Assembly (NCBI GenBank): GCA_041287245.1
Contig: JBEULP010000117.1
Location: forward strand, 160,001-224,000
Length of the DNA stretch: 64,000 nt
Direction: 5' to 3'
Source of the DNA: Infirmifilum sp.
GTDB taxonomy: Archaea > Thermoproteota > Thermoprotei > Thermofilales > Thermofilaceae
In this document: piece by piece, positions 18,593 to 27,314 of the stretch
Numbering within the stretch: position 1 is the stretch's first letter
Layout of the letters: the number at the start of each line of letters is the position of its first letter
The notes under the pieces: generated by a model
Told to the model about the DNA's origin: nothing
The model's database searches: none
What the model saw: the letters and a program-made list of their open reading frames with translations, nothing else
Program-made: the position numbers and the translations under genes

Positions 18593-19770
18593 TAAATACC
18601 CTCAATTCTCCCATCTCTGTATATCTTTACTGCTGGCCCTACCGATGAAACAGACTTTATCCTGGCATACGGAGCTACAAAAACACCAAGTTTCTTCTTT
18701 TTACCAATTATACCTTGTAGTGGCAACTCACGGATTGCCTTGAAATCATCAGGCAGCATACTAACCGTCGTCGTTCTAGGCTCGGCAACGCTCTTATAAC
18801 CCAAGACACTGTCCGTTATCAAAGAGAAACTACCCACGGTGGAGAAAGGCTGCAAAACACTACGCTTAACTTCGCTATGCGCTCCGACGACCGCCCCCTC
18901 CTCGATCGAGGTGTATTCCCGGATAAATGCCCCCATTCCGATAAAAGAGTTTCTCCCAATATAAGCAGGCCCTTTTATAACGGCGTAATGGTCGATAACA
19001 GCCCCCTCGTCAACGATAACACACCCTTCCAGTATAGCTGTGGGGGACACACGCGCCGTCGGAGCGATAATCTTCCCGCACTTCTTGTCTATAAGGCTAT
19101 AAAGCGCATTAATCAAATCCCACGGGTAATCTACAGCAATCCAATCACCAGTCCAGAAGGCAGCATACATACCCGTTTTCTCAACAAGCTGGTTCAAGGC
19201 ATTCAGGAAAGATTCCCCATTTCTGAGTAGTGAGAAAATCTCCGAGGGAAGAACAAAAGCACCACCCACCACGAAGCTTGTATCTCTCCCGTTGCTCTCA
19301 TCTAGAAACCTAGCAACCATATTCTCTCTAACAAGGACTGCGCCGAAGGTTTGGATCTGTGATAGCGGAACAATTAGAGCGGATGGCCGACCTGTACTCG
19401 TGTGGACATCGATAACTAGCCTATAAGCTTCTTCGCTGACAATAACGTCGCCGTACGTAAGCAGGAACCACTCATCCTCCCCTATAAATTCCCGCGAAGC
19501 AAGCAATGCCGGCTCAATACCCTGCTCTTGTTGAGCCTTCAATGAAACCTTAGCCGACAAACCACTCTCCTGTAGGTGTCTGATGATTTCTCCAATAGGT
19601 GCATCTGGCGAAACTACCACTAAACCTTTACTCTGAACAGTGCTAAGAGCTCTAAGAAGAGGGTAAGTGAACAGCGGCTTACCCATTATGCTTAGCAACG
19701 CTCTAGAATAACCCTCAGTTAATGGAAGCATTCTCTTAGAATGTCCACCCGTCAATACAACAACCTTCAT
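18592..19770 (-). CDS. GlmU-like sugar-1-phosphate nucleotidylyltransferase/acetyltransferase
   Basis: N-terminal LTGGHSKRMLPLT NTase domain, YPWDL, C-terminal hexapeptide repeats; start 1 nt after the glmS stop. Confidence 0.82.
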   Translation of the reverse strand: MKVVVLTGGHSKRMLPLTEGYSRALLSIMGKPLFTYPLLRALSTVQSKGLVVVSPDAPIGEIIRHLQESGLSAKVSLKAQQEQGIEPALLASREFIGEDEWFLLTYGDVIVSEEAYRLVIDVHTSTGRPSALIVPLSQIQTFGAVLVRENMVARFLDESNGRDTSFVVGGAFVLPSEIFSLLRNGESFLNALNQLVEKTGMYAAFWTGDWIAVDYPWDLINALYSLIDKKCGKIIAPTARVSPTAILEGCVIVDEGAVIDHYAVIKGPAYIGRNSFIGMGAFIREYTSIEEGAVVGAHSEVKRSVLQPFSTVGSFSLITDSVLGYKSVAEPRTTTVSMLPDDFKAIRELPLQGIIGKKKKLGVFVAPYARIKSVSSVGPAVKIYRDGRIEGI

Positions 19771-19771
19771 G

Positions 19772-21589
19772 CTACTCCACCGTAACAGTCTTTGCAAGAT
19801 TACGTGGCTTATCGGGGTCTAATTCTTTTTCAACAGCGGTATAGTATGCTAGCAACTGCAAAGGTATTGTTTCAAGTACAGGTAGTAGAAGCTCATCGTT
19901 AGAGGGAACGATCACCTTTTCATCAACTAAATTTGCAAGCTCAGAACTTTCCCCCAAAACTCCAATGGTATAAGCACCCCTAGCTCTCATCTCCTCGATA
20001 TTTCCCAAGAGTTTCCTCTCAAGCTTCCTCTCAACTGATACGAAAATAACGGGAAATCCCTGCTCAACTAAAGCTATGGGACCGTGCTTGCTCTCCCCAG
20101 CTGGATAGCCCTCAGCGTGAATATAAGCGATTTCCTTTAGCTTTAACGCACCCTCAAGTGCTATTGGAATCCCCAGACCTCTCCCCAGGTAATAAGCACT
20201 TGTTTTCGAGGACATTAACTTACTCATTCGTCTAGCCCATCCTTCACTCCTATTAATTACCCTCAACGCCAACTCGGGCAGATTTTTTAATCTCTCCTTT
20301 ACGTCGAGGACTCCCCCGTCAGAGAGTTTTCCCTTGTAGTAGGATAGAAGAGCTGAAAGCCACGTTAAAGCTGTTAGTTGTGTTGTAAATGTTTTCGTAG
20401 CCGCAACGCCAATCTCAGGGCCCGCTTTCATATAGACTGGATAATCGCTTTCTCGTGCAATTACGCTTCCAATAACGTTAGTTAGGGACACAACCTTTGA
20501 TCCTTTCTCTTTAAAAGCCCTTAAGGCCATCAGGGTATCTATGGTTTCGCCACTCTGGGATACAGCGATTAATGTCGATCCTTTACCGGCCAGGTAGACG
20601 TAAGACTCATATTCACTTGATATAAATGGTATAACCTTTTTACCCGACAACTTCGCTGTAAGAAGGGCAAAGTAAAGGGAAGCATGATAACTCGTACCTG
20701 CTGCGGTGATAAAAACAGTCTCGCTATCTGCTATTACGCGCGCAGCGCTCTCATAATCCTTGCTAAAACCGAAAATAGTATCTCCTATTACCCGCGGCTG
20801 CTCATGTATCTCCTTCAACATGAAATGCGGGAAGCCCTCTTTCCTAGCTGACTCAGGAGACCAGTCTACCTCTAGAACTCTTTTTTGAACGTCAACAACG
20901 CCTCCATCTATTCTCTCGATAAGTATCTTTTTAACAGAAGCGTATCCGATCTCTCCATCCATTAGCGGTATGACTTTCCGCGTGTAATCTAGAAATGCTG
21001 GAATATCTGAAGCAAGGAAAATCTTATCATGGCTAACCCCTATAACGAGGGGCGAGTGGCGCCTAGCAAAATAGATTCTTTCAGGCGTATCTTTTATGAT
21101 CACAGCTAGAGCATAACTTCCCCTGAGACGTCTAACTGTTCGCTTGAATGCCTCGTAGGGGTCTAAACCTTCCATAAGGTATTCTTCCAGTAGATGGGCA
21201 ATAACTTCCGTATCCGTTTGACTTAAAAACTTGTGACCAGCTCCTTGTAGTTCCTCCTTTAATTCAAGGTAGTTTTCAATTATACCATTATGGACAACGG
21301 CGACCCTGTTCTGGCAATCAACGTGAGGGTGAGCGTTGATATCGGTAGGCGGTCCATGCGTAGCCCAACGGGTGTGACCAACACCTATTTTCCCACCTAT
21401 GCATTGAAAGCAAAGCTTGGCATCAACCTCGTCAATCTTTCCAGCTCCCTTGGATACGATGAGTCTATCACCGTCCACGACAGCGATCCCCACGCTGTCA
21501 TAGCCGCGATACTCTAGCTTTCTAAGACATTCTCGGAGGAGCGGGCCCGCTCTAACGTCATCGCCTACTACCCCGACGATCCCGCACAC
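19772..21589 (-). CDS. glmS: Glutamine--fructose-6-phosphate aminotransferase
   Basis: MCGIVG, LEYRGYDS, GHTRWATHG and C-terminal PRNLAKTVTVE. Confidence 0.98.
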   Translation of the reverse strand: MCGIVGVVGDDVRAGPLLRECLRKLEYRGYDSVGIAVVDGDRLIVSKGAGKIDEVDAKLCFQCIGGKIGVGHTRWATHGPPTDINAHPHVDCQNRVAVVHNGIIENYLELKEELQGAGHKFLSQTDTEVIAHLLEEYLMEGLDPYEAFKRTVRRLRGSYALAVIIKDTPERIYFARRHSPLVIGVSHDKIFLASDIPAFLDYTRKVIPLMDGEIGYASVKKILIERIDGGVVDVQKRVLEVDWSPESARKEGFPHFMLKEIHEQPRVIGDTIFGFSKDYESAARVIADSETVFITAAGTSYHASLYFALLTAKLSGKKVIPFISSEYESYVYLAGKGSTLIAVSQSGETIDTLMALRAFKEKGSKVVSLTNVIGSVIARESDYPVYMKAGPEIGVAATKTFTTQLTALTWLSALLSYYKGKLSDGGVLDVKERLKNLPELALRVINRSEGWARRMSKLMSSKTSAYYLGRGLGIPIALEGALKLKEIAYIHAEGYPAGESKHGPIALVEQGFPVIFVSVERKLERKLLGNIEEMRARGAYTIGVLGESSELANLVDEKVIVPSNDELLLPVLETIPLQLLAYYTAVEKELDPDKPRNLAKTVTVE

Positions 21590-21718
21590 AGAAGTCGTAG
21601 AAGCACAAAGGTTAATAAATGATTTGTATGTGAACGGTATTACATTTTAAATGCAGATCATTTTGTCTGAAACGTTTCAAGGGCATAATAAGACATCCAT
21701 GTACTGGGAAACAAGAAT

Positions 21719-21853
21719 ATGGAGGAAATTTCAATGGAGGAATTCTTGAGAAAGATTGCAGGAAAAAAGCTTCATATCAAACAGGTCGTGGCGCCACCAC
21801 CCTCGATAATAATCGAGTCTATGGGTAATGTCTATCGTGTGAGAGTCAAATAG
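21719..21853 (+). CDS. Putative 44-aa microprotein, not in the track
   Basis: MEEISMEEFLRKIAGKKLHIKQVVAPPPSIIIESMGNVYRVRVK; fills an intergenic gap and is followed by a T-run. Confidence 0.55.
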   Translation: MEEISMEEFLRKIAGKKLHIKQVVAPPPSIIIESMGNVYRVRVK

Positions 21854-21889
21854 ATAGTTTTTTATCCAAAATTATAGAATATTTCTTTA

Positions 21890-22183
21890 ATGCATTTCGG
21901 TAAAGACGTAGTCTCTCTAACGAGAAAATTATTACTCCATCGCGATTTATATTTTTCCAATGAGATTCTGAACAGCGAAGGCAGGAAGATTTTTGAAGAG
22001 CTAGCAAGGATGATCATCTACGAGCATCCATATTTAAAAGAGCGTGTCCGTAGGACTCGAAGAAAAAGCGACTTAGCTACGTTCCTTAAATTGGCTGAGC
22101 TGATACTAGGCGAGTCGGAAGTTAGGGAGATAATGAAGAATACTGTGAACTACCCTTATGTCTCGCCTGGTTTGGACTTATAG
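21890..22183 (+). CDS. Hypothetical protein
   Basis: 97-aa ORF with TTTTTATC upstream. Confidence 0.7.
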   Translation: MHFGKDVVSLTRKLLLHRDLYFSNEILNSEGRKIFEELARMIIYEHPYLKERVRRTRRKSDLATFLKLAELILGESEVREIMKNTVNYPYVSPGLDL

Positions 22184-22200
22184 TTTCAAACGCTTCGCAA

Positions 22201-22686
22201 CTATCTTTTCGACAAGTCTACGTGTATTATGTCTTCAAGCTCGAAGTAGAATATCCTCGCATCTTTAAAGGAAATATACTTTGATTGAGAGTCGGAAGAG
22301 ATTTCGTAGGTAAGAACTATTTTGCAGGGTGCCTCAGTAATGCCTCTTCGACGCGTTTCTTCTATCAGTATTCCTGCAGTTCTTCTCCATTCCTCTAAAC
22401 TCCTATTCTTGTCGACTCCCTGTTCTTTCACCATTCTTGATAAGGTTGCGTAGAATGCTTTTCTAAGATTAAACATTGCTCCTCGAGAACTGGGGCTAAT
22501 AGGTGATTGTATGGTGTTTTGTTGTACACTTATCTCCGCCACGTCGAGAAATAGCCTTAGGTTACGCCCTAGTTGTTCAACGTATGTACGCATGGTTTCA
22601 GGTATTTTTCTTTCCTTAATGCTATCCTCAACTAATTTTAAGATCTGATCTACATTCTTTACTAGCTCCTCCACAGCACTTCCCAC
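22201..22686 (-). CDS. Hypothetical protein, possibly DUF2258/ThermoDBP-related
   Basis: 161-aa ORF; the C-terminal helix-helix-strand pattern is reminiscent of DUF2258. Confidence 0.6.
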   Translation of the reverse strand: MGSAVEELVKNVDQILKLVEDSIKERKIPETMRTYVEQLGRNLRLFLDVAEISVQQNTIQSPISPSSRGAMFNLRKAFYATLSRMVKEQGVDKNRSLEEWRRTAGILIEETRRRGITEAPCKIVLTYEISSDSQSKYISFKDARIFYFELEDIIHVDLSKR

Positions 22687-22821
22687 GTTATATTTTCCAT
22701 GCAGTTCTTATAAATTTTTACTATAATTCTTATTAAGCAATAGATGAAATACTAGAGGCTTCCCCTACAAAGTTATTTTTAACAATGTAAAATATAAATG
22801 GTAGATTATTAGACAAAACTT

Positions 22822-24024
22822 GTGTCAAGGCCCATTTTAAAGACAAGTTCTTCTACAGGCAGGCTAGGTGCCGAAGAAGCCTTTGTTTATCTTGCACGAA
22901 GCATGGAGCTTAAGCGTAGAGGGGTCGACGTGGTCTCCTTTGGAATAGGACAGCCAGACTTTCAACCCCCCAAACACGTGATCGAATACGCTAAACAAGC
23001 AATGGATGCAGGTTTCAATGGGTACGGGCCAAGTCTCGGCATGCCAGAACTTAGAGAGGCAGTGTCCCAGTTTATAAACCAAGAATATGGAGTAGACGTA
23101 AAGCCAGAGGAAGTTGCAATTACGGCTGGGGCGAAGGCAGCTGTTTTTATAGGCATGCTCTCATTGCTTGAGCCAGGGGACGAGGTAATAATCCCTGACC
23201 CCTCATATCCCCTCTATGAGTCTGTTGCTAGCTTCATTGGAGCAAAAACGGTTTTCCTTAAACTTGACAGAAAAAACAAGTATAAGATAAAATACGAGGA
23301 GATCGAAAAGCTAGTTACAAGCAGGACAAGAATGGTTGTAATAAATTATCCGGAGAATCCCGTTGGTTCAACTATGGATCGGGGAGACATAGAGGCTCTC
23401 CTAGAGCTAGCTTATCGTAAAAACTTCGTGGTGCTTTCAGACGAGATTTACGACCACTTTGTATTTGAGGGGCGCCATTTCTCTACCCTTCAGACCCCGT
23501 ATTGGAGAGACGTTGTGTATTATGTGAATGGGTTTTCTAAGACCTTCGGCATGACTGGTTGGAGGCTAGGATATGTCATAGCCAACAAAGACCTGATTGC
23601 AAAGCTTTCCGTGGTAGCAAACAACATGTATTCCTGCCCTGTGACTTTCGCACAAATAGCAGCTGCCAAGGCGCTCAACGACGGTTTAGACTGGTTTAAG
23701 CCCATTCTAGCTCAATACAGCAAAAGACGCGAGCTCATCTACCAGCTTCTATCTTCAATTAGGGGGGTAAGAGTTGTAAAACCTGAAGGTGCTTTCTACA
23801 TTTTCCCAGACTTCTCAGAAATAATAGAAGCTAAGGGTTTGAAAAGCGAGCGAGAGCTAGCTGACCGTCTCCTTGAGGAAAAAGGCGTCGTGGTTTTGCC
23901 CGGAACCAGTTTTCCAAAGGAATCTGGCAAGGGGCACTTGCGCTTAGCATTCGCCGTGAAAGAGGAAGATATAGAAAAAGGGATTTCAAGGATAAAGACA
24001 TGGATAGAAGAAAGTTTTCTCTAA
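22822..24024 (+). CDS. Class I/II PLP aminotransferase (aspartate aminotransferase family)
   Basis: IGQPDF, NYPENPVG, SDEIY and SKTFGMTGWRLG. Confidence 0.95.
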   Translation: MSRPILKTSSSTGRLGAEEAFVYLARSMELKRRGVDVVSFGIGQPDFQPPKHVIEYAKQAMDAGFNGYGPSLGMPELREAVSQFINQEYGVDVKPEEVAITAGAKAAVFIGMLSLLEPGDEVIIPDPSYPLYESVASFIGAKTVFLKLDRKNKYKIKYEEIEKLVTSRTRMVVINYPENPVGSTMDRGDIEALLELAYRKNFVVLSDEIYDHFVFEGRHFSTLQTPYWRDVVYYVNGFSKTFGMTGWRLGYVIANKDLIAKLSVVANNMYSCPVTFAQIAAAKALNDGLDWFKPILAQYSKRRELIYQLLSSIRGVRVVKPEGAFYIFPDFSEIIEAKGLKSERELADRLLEEKGVVVLPGTSFPKESGKGHLRLAFAVKEEDIEKGISRIKTWIEESFL

Positions 24025-24076
24025 ATATGATAGCAAATTAAATAAATATCTCCTTTTCTTTTGAATTCTGAGGAAT

Positions 24077-24616
24077 GTGTCTTCTAGCGTTATAAAGATC
24101 TCTCTCTGCGGACCTGGAGGCGTTGGCAAGACTAGTTTAGCCCGGGTTTTTTCAGGAGAGGCCTTTAGACCTAATGAGAGGCTAACAGTCGGAATTCAGC
24201 ATTTTTTCAAAAAAGTGTCGTTGGATAGTGGAAGGAATGTTGTAGTATCACTCTGGGATCTCGGGGGGGAGCACCGTTTCTTCTTCCTTGCCCCAGCTTT
24301 TCTTCGAGGGGCTAAGGGCGTTGTCTATGTATTCGACATTACACGTGAAGAAACCTTTGCTGAGATAGAAAACTGGCGAAGGACGGTCTCCGATACCCTG
24401 GGACCAGTACCAGCCATATTAATAGGTAACAAGAAAGATTTAGAGGAATATAGGATGGTTTCTCGACAATCGGCAGAGGAGTATGCGAGAGACAACAATT
24501 TTCTAGGATATTTTGAGGTATCGGCTAAGCAGGCCTTAGACGTTGAAAAACCATTTCTATTTCTGTTGAAATATATTTTAGAGAAGGTGGAAAATCCATG
24601 GGCACAGCTCAAATAA
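24077..24616 (+). CDS. Rab-like small GTPase (Ras superfamily)
   Basis: G1 GPGGVGKTS, G2 T, G3 WDLGG, G4 NKKD, G5 SAK; RabF-like FLRGA and YVFDIT. Confidence 0.93.
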   Translation: MSSSVIKISLCGPGGVGKTSLARVFSGEAFRPNERLTVGIQHFFKKVSLDSGRNVVVSLWDLGGEHRFFFLAPAFLRGAKGVVYVFDITREETFAEIENWRRTVSDTLGPVPAILIGNKKDLEEYRMVSRQSAEEYARDNNFLGYFEVSAKQALDVEKPFLFLLKYILEKVENPWAQLK

Positions 24617-25404
24617 TAAAGGTTGCTAAAGTTACATGTCCTCGTTGCGGTTCTCAGTTTTCTATTGAGTTGACGCCAGAAATCTTGGCGGAGGTCGAGT
24701 CGAACCCATTGGGTCTGGCTGGTGTAGCCCTGCCCCATGGGGATCATGTGCTTGTTGTTTATTTTGATAGAAATGGTGGTGAGAGAGGAGTTCGGGTTTT
24801 TTCCCTATTACAGAAGCAGGAGAAAGGCTTTTACGAAGTGAAAATGGAGAGAGAATCTCTGAAAGGGATGAGAAATATCTCAGGTTTCTTGATCGAGCTT
24901 AGAAAACTGAACCTCCGATTGATCTATCTCCAGGAGTCAACTCCAATCACTGTAAGGCTCTCCGGGAGAGACATTGGGCTCGAGTTAACTTTTCAAAAAG
25001 ATTTTAGCTACCAGAAGGTTCGGGGGTGGCTCGAGCTTCTGCTTGACGTCTTTGAAGGTTCTTATTCAGCCTCCCCCTCTGACTATGTTAACACTCTAAG
25101 AATACTCGACGTAATGCTAGAAGAAAATCCTTTCGCCTATGCGAAGCAGGTTTTCTGGCTTGTCTCAAACGCCTCTACTATCACGATTAAGTCTCGGCTT
25201 CCCGAGTCCCACCTATTGAAAAAGTATAGGCCAACCATTTTATATGAAAAGTACAACGGACTCTTTATTACTCGAGTGGTCGACTCAAACGGTATTAAGG
25301 TAAGCGAATTACTAACAGAGACCAACCCGCAAATTCTATTCTCTTATTCAGAGGCGATTCTCTCTCTTTACAGAAGAGGCGTAGTTGACCTGGTGATCGA
25401 GTAA
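24598..25404 (+). CDS. Hypothetical protein with N-terminal CxxC...HxxH metal site and probable C-terminal wHTH
   Basis: VTCPRCG...HGDHVLVVYFD and ...ILSLYRRGVVDL; overlaps the GTPase gene. Confidence 0.8.
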   Translation: MGTAQIIKVAKVTCPRCGSQFSIELTPEILAEVESNPLGLAGVALPHGDHVLVVYFDRNGGERGVRVFSLLQKQEKGFYEVKMERESLKGMRNISGFLIELRKLNLRLIYLQESTPITVRLSGRDIGLELTFQKDFSYQKVRGWLELLLDVFEGSYSASPSDYVNTLRILDVMLEENPFAYAKQVFWLVSNASTITIKSRLPESHLLKKYRPTILYEKYNGLFITRVVDSNGIKVSELLTETNPQILFSYSEAILSLYRRGVVDLVIE

Positions 25405-26234
25405 TGTCTGAGACCACCACATATGATCTTCTAACCCTTTATTTGGTGGATGCCTCAAAAGTTCTATCAGAGGCGAATCATCCTAAGGCAGACGTACTCA
25501 AAAATTTCGTAAAGGATGCATATCTCCTAATCTCCAATGCTGCCGAGCGACTAAGGGCGGTAAAACCTAGTGTTGAAGATCAACAACTTTTAGAGTTTTT
25601 GAGGTATGCTACTACGGCTTTAACCAAGGTTTATGTATACGGCGACTGGCGGCCATATGTATTTATGAACGAGCTATTCAATGAAGTACCTCCATTTAAA
25701 ACATTACAGGAGAGGCTGATAAACATGGCTGCCCTAACGCCTAAGTCGCGCGTAGGAGAGATTAACAGTATTACTCCCCTTACTTCATCGAGGCTTGCCT
25801 CTCGCCTAGGGGGTGAACAATTTTTGTTACTTGAGAAAACTTATCTTGAGAATTCGCTTTTCAGAGAAATATTGGAGGAGTACTCCAGGCGTTACTCATC
25901 AAACAGCAGAATAATCTCTCTCGACATGCAGCAAGAAGTCGAGAAATTAACAGAATCTTTGGATTTACTCTATACTGGCACCATTGATGCATGGAAGCTA
26001 GGATGGAGCAATATTCTAGCAATAGCCTCAAGGCTAATAAAGCGAAAAGGGTATTTTACTGCAATCCTACCCGCAACAAAACATTTGGCTATGCGAACAC
26101 TACTTTCCCTTTTCGACGTTCCAGACTACCCAGACACAGCACAAATAAAGGAGGAGCTCCAAAAAATGCGTTTCACAAACATATACATAAGCTCTGCACA
26201 AGGTTTTACAGCTTTCTTCGCCATTAAACGATAG
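25404..26234 (+). CDS. Hypothetical protein, possibly a degenerate class I methyltransferase fold
   Basis: TAATG stop/start overlap. LDLLY...RLIKRKGYF...EELQKMRF...FFAIK resembles an MTase C-terminus, but there is no GxGxG. Confidence 0.7.
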   Translation: MSETTTYDLLTLYLVDASKVLSEANHPKADVLKNFVKDAYLLISNAAERLRAVKPSVEDQQLLEFLRYATTALTKVYVYGDWRPYVFMNELFNEVPPFKTLQERLINMAALTPKSRVGEINSITPLTSSRLASRLGGEQFLLLEKTYLENSLFREILEEYSRRYSSNSRIISLDMQQEVEKLTESLDLLYTGTIDAWKLGWSNILAIASRLIKRKGYFTAILPATKHLAMRTLLSLFDVPDYPDTAQIKEELQKMRFTNIYISSAQGFTAFFAIKR

Positions 26235-26249
26235 AGAAAGGTAGATGCG

Positions 26250-27314
26250 ATGGAGATACTTTACCTCTCAGAACCATTTTATTCCCCCGTAACACCTGTT
26301 CTTATAAGCGAGGAGAAGTCAGCGATTATCTACCTTGATGACGAGCTTTCTCCTGTAAAGTGTTACGACTCATATGGCAACTCTATCCGGTGTCCTGAAA
26401 CTCTAGGCCTCCAAAAAGACGAAACATATGTTGTGGGAGGGGCGGCTGCGGAGGTTCTAGCCTCCTACATGGATCTTCCCTTCATAGATGTGAGAAGGGT
26501 AAAAATCCAACCCACCTACAGACCCGGTGTTTTTTCATCGTTTTTTCAAAGTATCCGAGACGCCCTGCAAGATCCTACACAGGAGCCTATCGCTAAGAAT
26601 TCAATTGTGGCCGTCTTTCCTGGAGCAATATTGAAAAAAAGGGCATGGGCGGTAGCATATATAGGTAGGGTTAGAGACGGAAAGCTTGAACTCAAGGCTG
26701 AGATCCACTTCGACCAGAATTTCAGGGTTCTCCACGAGAAATCATCAGGGCTTGAAGAGTTAGATAAGTTTGATCATTGGTGGGAAGCCCCGTGGGACTA
26801 TGTTTTCACCTATGGAAAAAATCTGCGAAGACTGATTGAACTTGTCATGGAAAGGCCCGTTGAGAAAATATCCCCTGGAATAATCGGTAAAGAGAAGCCT
26901 TTAACACCCACAGAGATTATCGAGAAACTTTTCTCGGAAGCATCCACAAGAGGTGTAGAGACTTCAGGCAGAAGAAGCCTTAAAAAAGCTGTGGTTTACA
27001 TTGATGAGAGTATTATTAGACCCAGTAAGGGTTATTCAGGAGTACTAATAATAAAGAACTCCCAAAGAAGGATATTTGCACGCTGGTATTTCGACGAGAA
27101 ATTCCAGTTGAAAGGATTCGACAACGTTCCCCCAGAGGCGGTTTCAGGTATAGACGTGGAATTAGGTGTAGGGAACATACCTCGCGAGACTCAGGCGAGA
27201 CTCTCAGAGGTGCTTTCTGCATTTCTAGTGAAGAAAGCAATGTATACGCCCGTACGGATTGTCGATTACTTAGCCTTAAAGGTTCATAGGTGGTATGAGG
27301 TAGCAGCGGTTTAA
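26250..27314 (+). CDS. Hypothetical protein, last gene of the GTPase operon
   Basis: 354-aa ORF 15 nt after the previous stop. Confidence 0.8.
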   Translation: MEILYLSEPFYSPVTPVLISEEKSAIIYLDDELSPVKCYDSYGNSIRCPETLGLQKDETYVVGGAAAEVLASYMDLPFIDVRRVKIQPTYRPGVFSSFFQSIRDALQDPTQEPIAKNSIVAVFPGAILKKRAWAVAYIGRVRDGKLELKAEIHFDQNFRVLHEKSSGLEELDKFDHWWEAPWDYVFTYGKNLRRLIELVMERPVEKISPGIIGKEKPLTPTEIIEKLFSEASTRGVETSGRRSLKKAVVYIDESIIRPSKGYSGVLIIKNSQRRIFARWYFDEKFQLKGFDNVPPEAVSGIDVELGVGNIPRETQARLSEVLSAFLVKKAMYTPVRIVDYLALKVHRWYEVAAV

